Shown one piece after another: positions 63,735-64,000 of a DNA stretch of 64,000 nt. The stretch spans positions 6,849 to 70,848 of the forward strand of contig JBAWFG010000042.1 in NCBI GenBank assembly GCA_049591655.1, read 5' to 3'. The position numbers were made by a program, and so were the translations under genes. Under the pieces are notes generated by a model. It saw only the letters and a list, made by a program, of their open reading frames with translations. It was not told the DNA's origin and searched no databases. Every line of letters starts with the position of its first letter. The first letter of the stretch is position 1. Source of the DNA: Solirubrobacteraceae bacterium. Its GTDB lineage: Bacteria > Actinomycetota > Thermoleophilia > Solirubrobacterales > Solirubrobacteraceae.

Positions 63735-64000
63735 GACCGCGCCGCGGGGCCGGCCTCGCGTGCCCACATGCGGGCGTATGCGCCACCCCGGATGACCAGT
63801 TCGGCGTGGGTGCCCCGCTCAAGCGCTCGGCCGCCATCGAGCACGATGACCTCGTCGACGGCCTGCAGCCCGGCGAGCCGGTGAGTGATCAGCAGCGTGG
63901 CCCGCGATGCTCGCGCGTCCAGCAGATCGGCCACGAGCGCGTCGGCGGTGTGGATGTCAAGGTGTTCTCCGGGCTCGTCGACGACGAGCAACGGGAAATC
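63731..64000 (-). CDS. ABC transporter ATP-binding domain, C-terminal end only (CydC/CydD-like); gene continues beyond the right edge
   Basis: Walker B LLVVDEP, H-loop LLITHRLAGL and C-terminal THAEL...GGAYARMW. The Cyd assignment rests only on this resemblance and on cydAB lying nearby. Confidence 0.7.
   Translation of the reverse strand, partial: DFPLLVVDEPGEHLDIHTADALVADLLDARASRATLLITHRLAGLQAVDEVIVLDGGRALERGTHAELVIRGGAYARMWAREAGPAARS

Noticed and set aside
1-64000. Searched by eye for CRISPR arrays, IS/transposase or integrase genes, tRNA/rRNA genes, toxin-antitoxin pairs and known defence-system hallmarks.
   Set aside because: I found no regularly spaced repeats, no terminal inverted repeats with transposase ORFs, no tRNA-like T-arm (GGTTCGAATCC-type) outside coding context, and no nuclease/ATPase defence signatures. 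Absence is based on visual inspection only.

Overview
This is a densely coding, GC-rich (about 70% by eye) chromosomal segment that looks like a high-GC Gram-positive (Actinomycetota-like) genome. I recognised no rRNA, tRNA, CRISPR array, transposase, integrase or phage gene. Many long ORFs in the six-frame track are GC-driven shadow ORFs antisense to real genes. I call about 75 genes. All family assignments rest on motifs I recognise in the translations, not on database searches.

Gene content, left to right:
1. A partial GAF-domain gene.
2. A polyhydroxyalkanoate (PHA) locus: a mini PhaE-like subunit coupled to class III PhaC, then PhaB, an XRE regulator, and a phasin-like gene followed by a second Cys-nucleophile PhaC/PhaZ-type hydrolase.
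3. A ferritin-like exported protein, divergent from a tatC gene that carries an enlarged loop.
4. A CHRD lipoprotein, an HpaE-like aldehyde dehydrogenase coupled to an FAH::RraA-like fusion protein, a cysteine-less DsrC/TusE homologue with a DsrE-like protein, and an agmatinase-family gene.
5. A ydaO-type (c-di-AMP) riboswitch in front of an Rpf-like muralytic gene, then a P-type ATPase, a succinate-semialdehyde dehydrogenase and an ABC-2 exporter.
6. A catabolic island of about 23 kb (23.4-46.1 kb). It encodes FAH hydrolases, a type-B esterase, a Liv-type ABC importer with fused permease, a P450, VOC and cupin proteins, flavin oxidases, SDRs and a GntR regulator.
7. An HK/RR pair, UppP, DedA and an atypical orphan response regulator.
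8. A glutamate decarboxylase mini-operon, zwf, and cydAB facing a convergent DUF2254/CydC-like operon.

The most interesting signal is in the catabolic island. All six of its promoter regions are short AT-rich islands carrying the same pseudo-palindromic box (AACTGTATGCAAT; ideal form ACTGTA-TACAGT). This links about 20 genes into one apparent regulon, and the GntR gene sits in the last box-preceded operon.

Secondary points are the FAH::RraA fusion, the Cys-less DsrC, the mini-PhaE with a phasin promoter operator, the TatC variant, two gene remnants, a 32-bp tandem duplication, and a 560-bp poorly explained gap at 13.8-14.4 kb.
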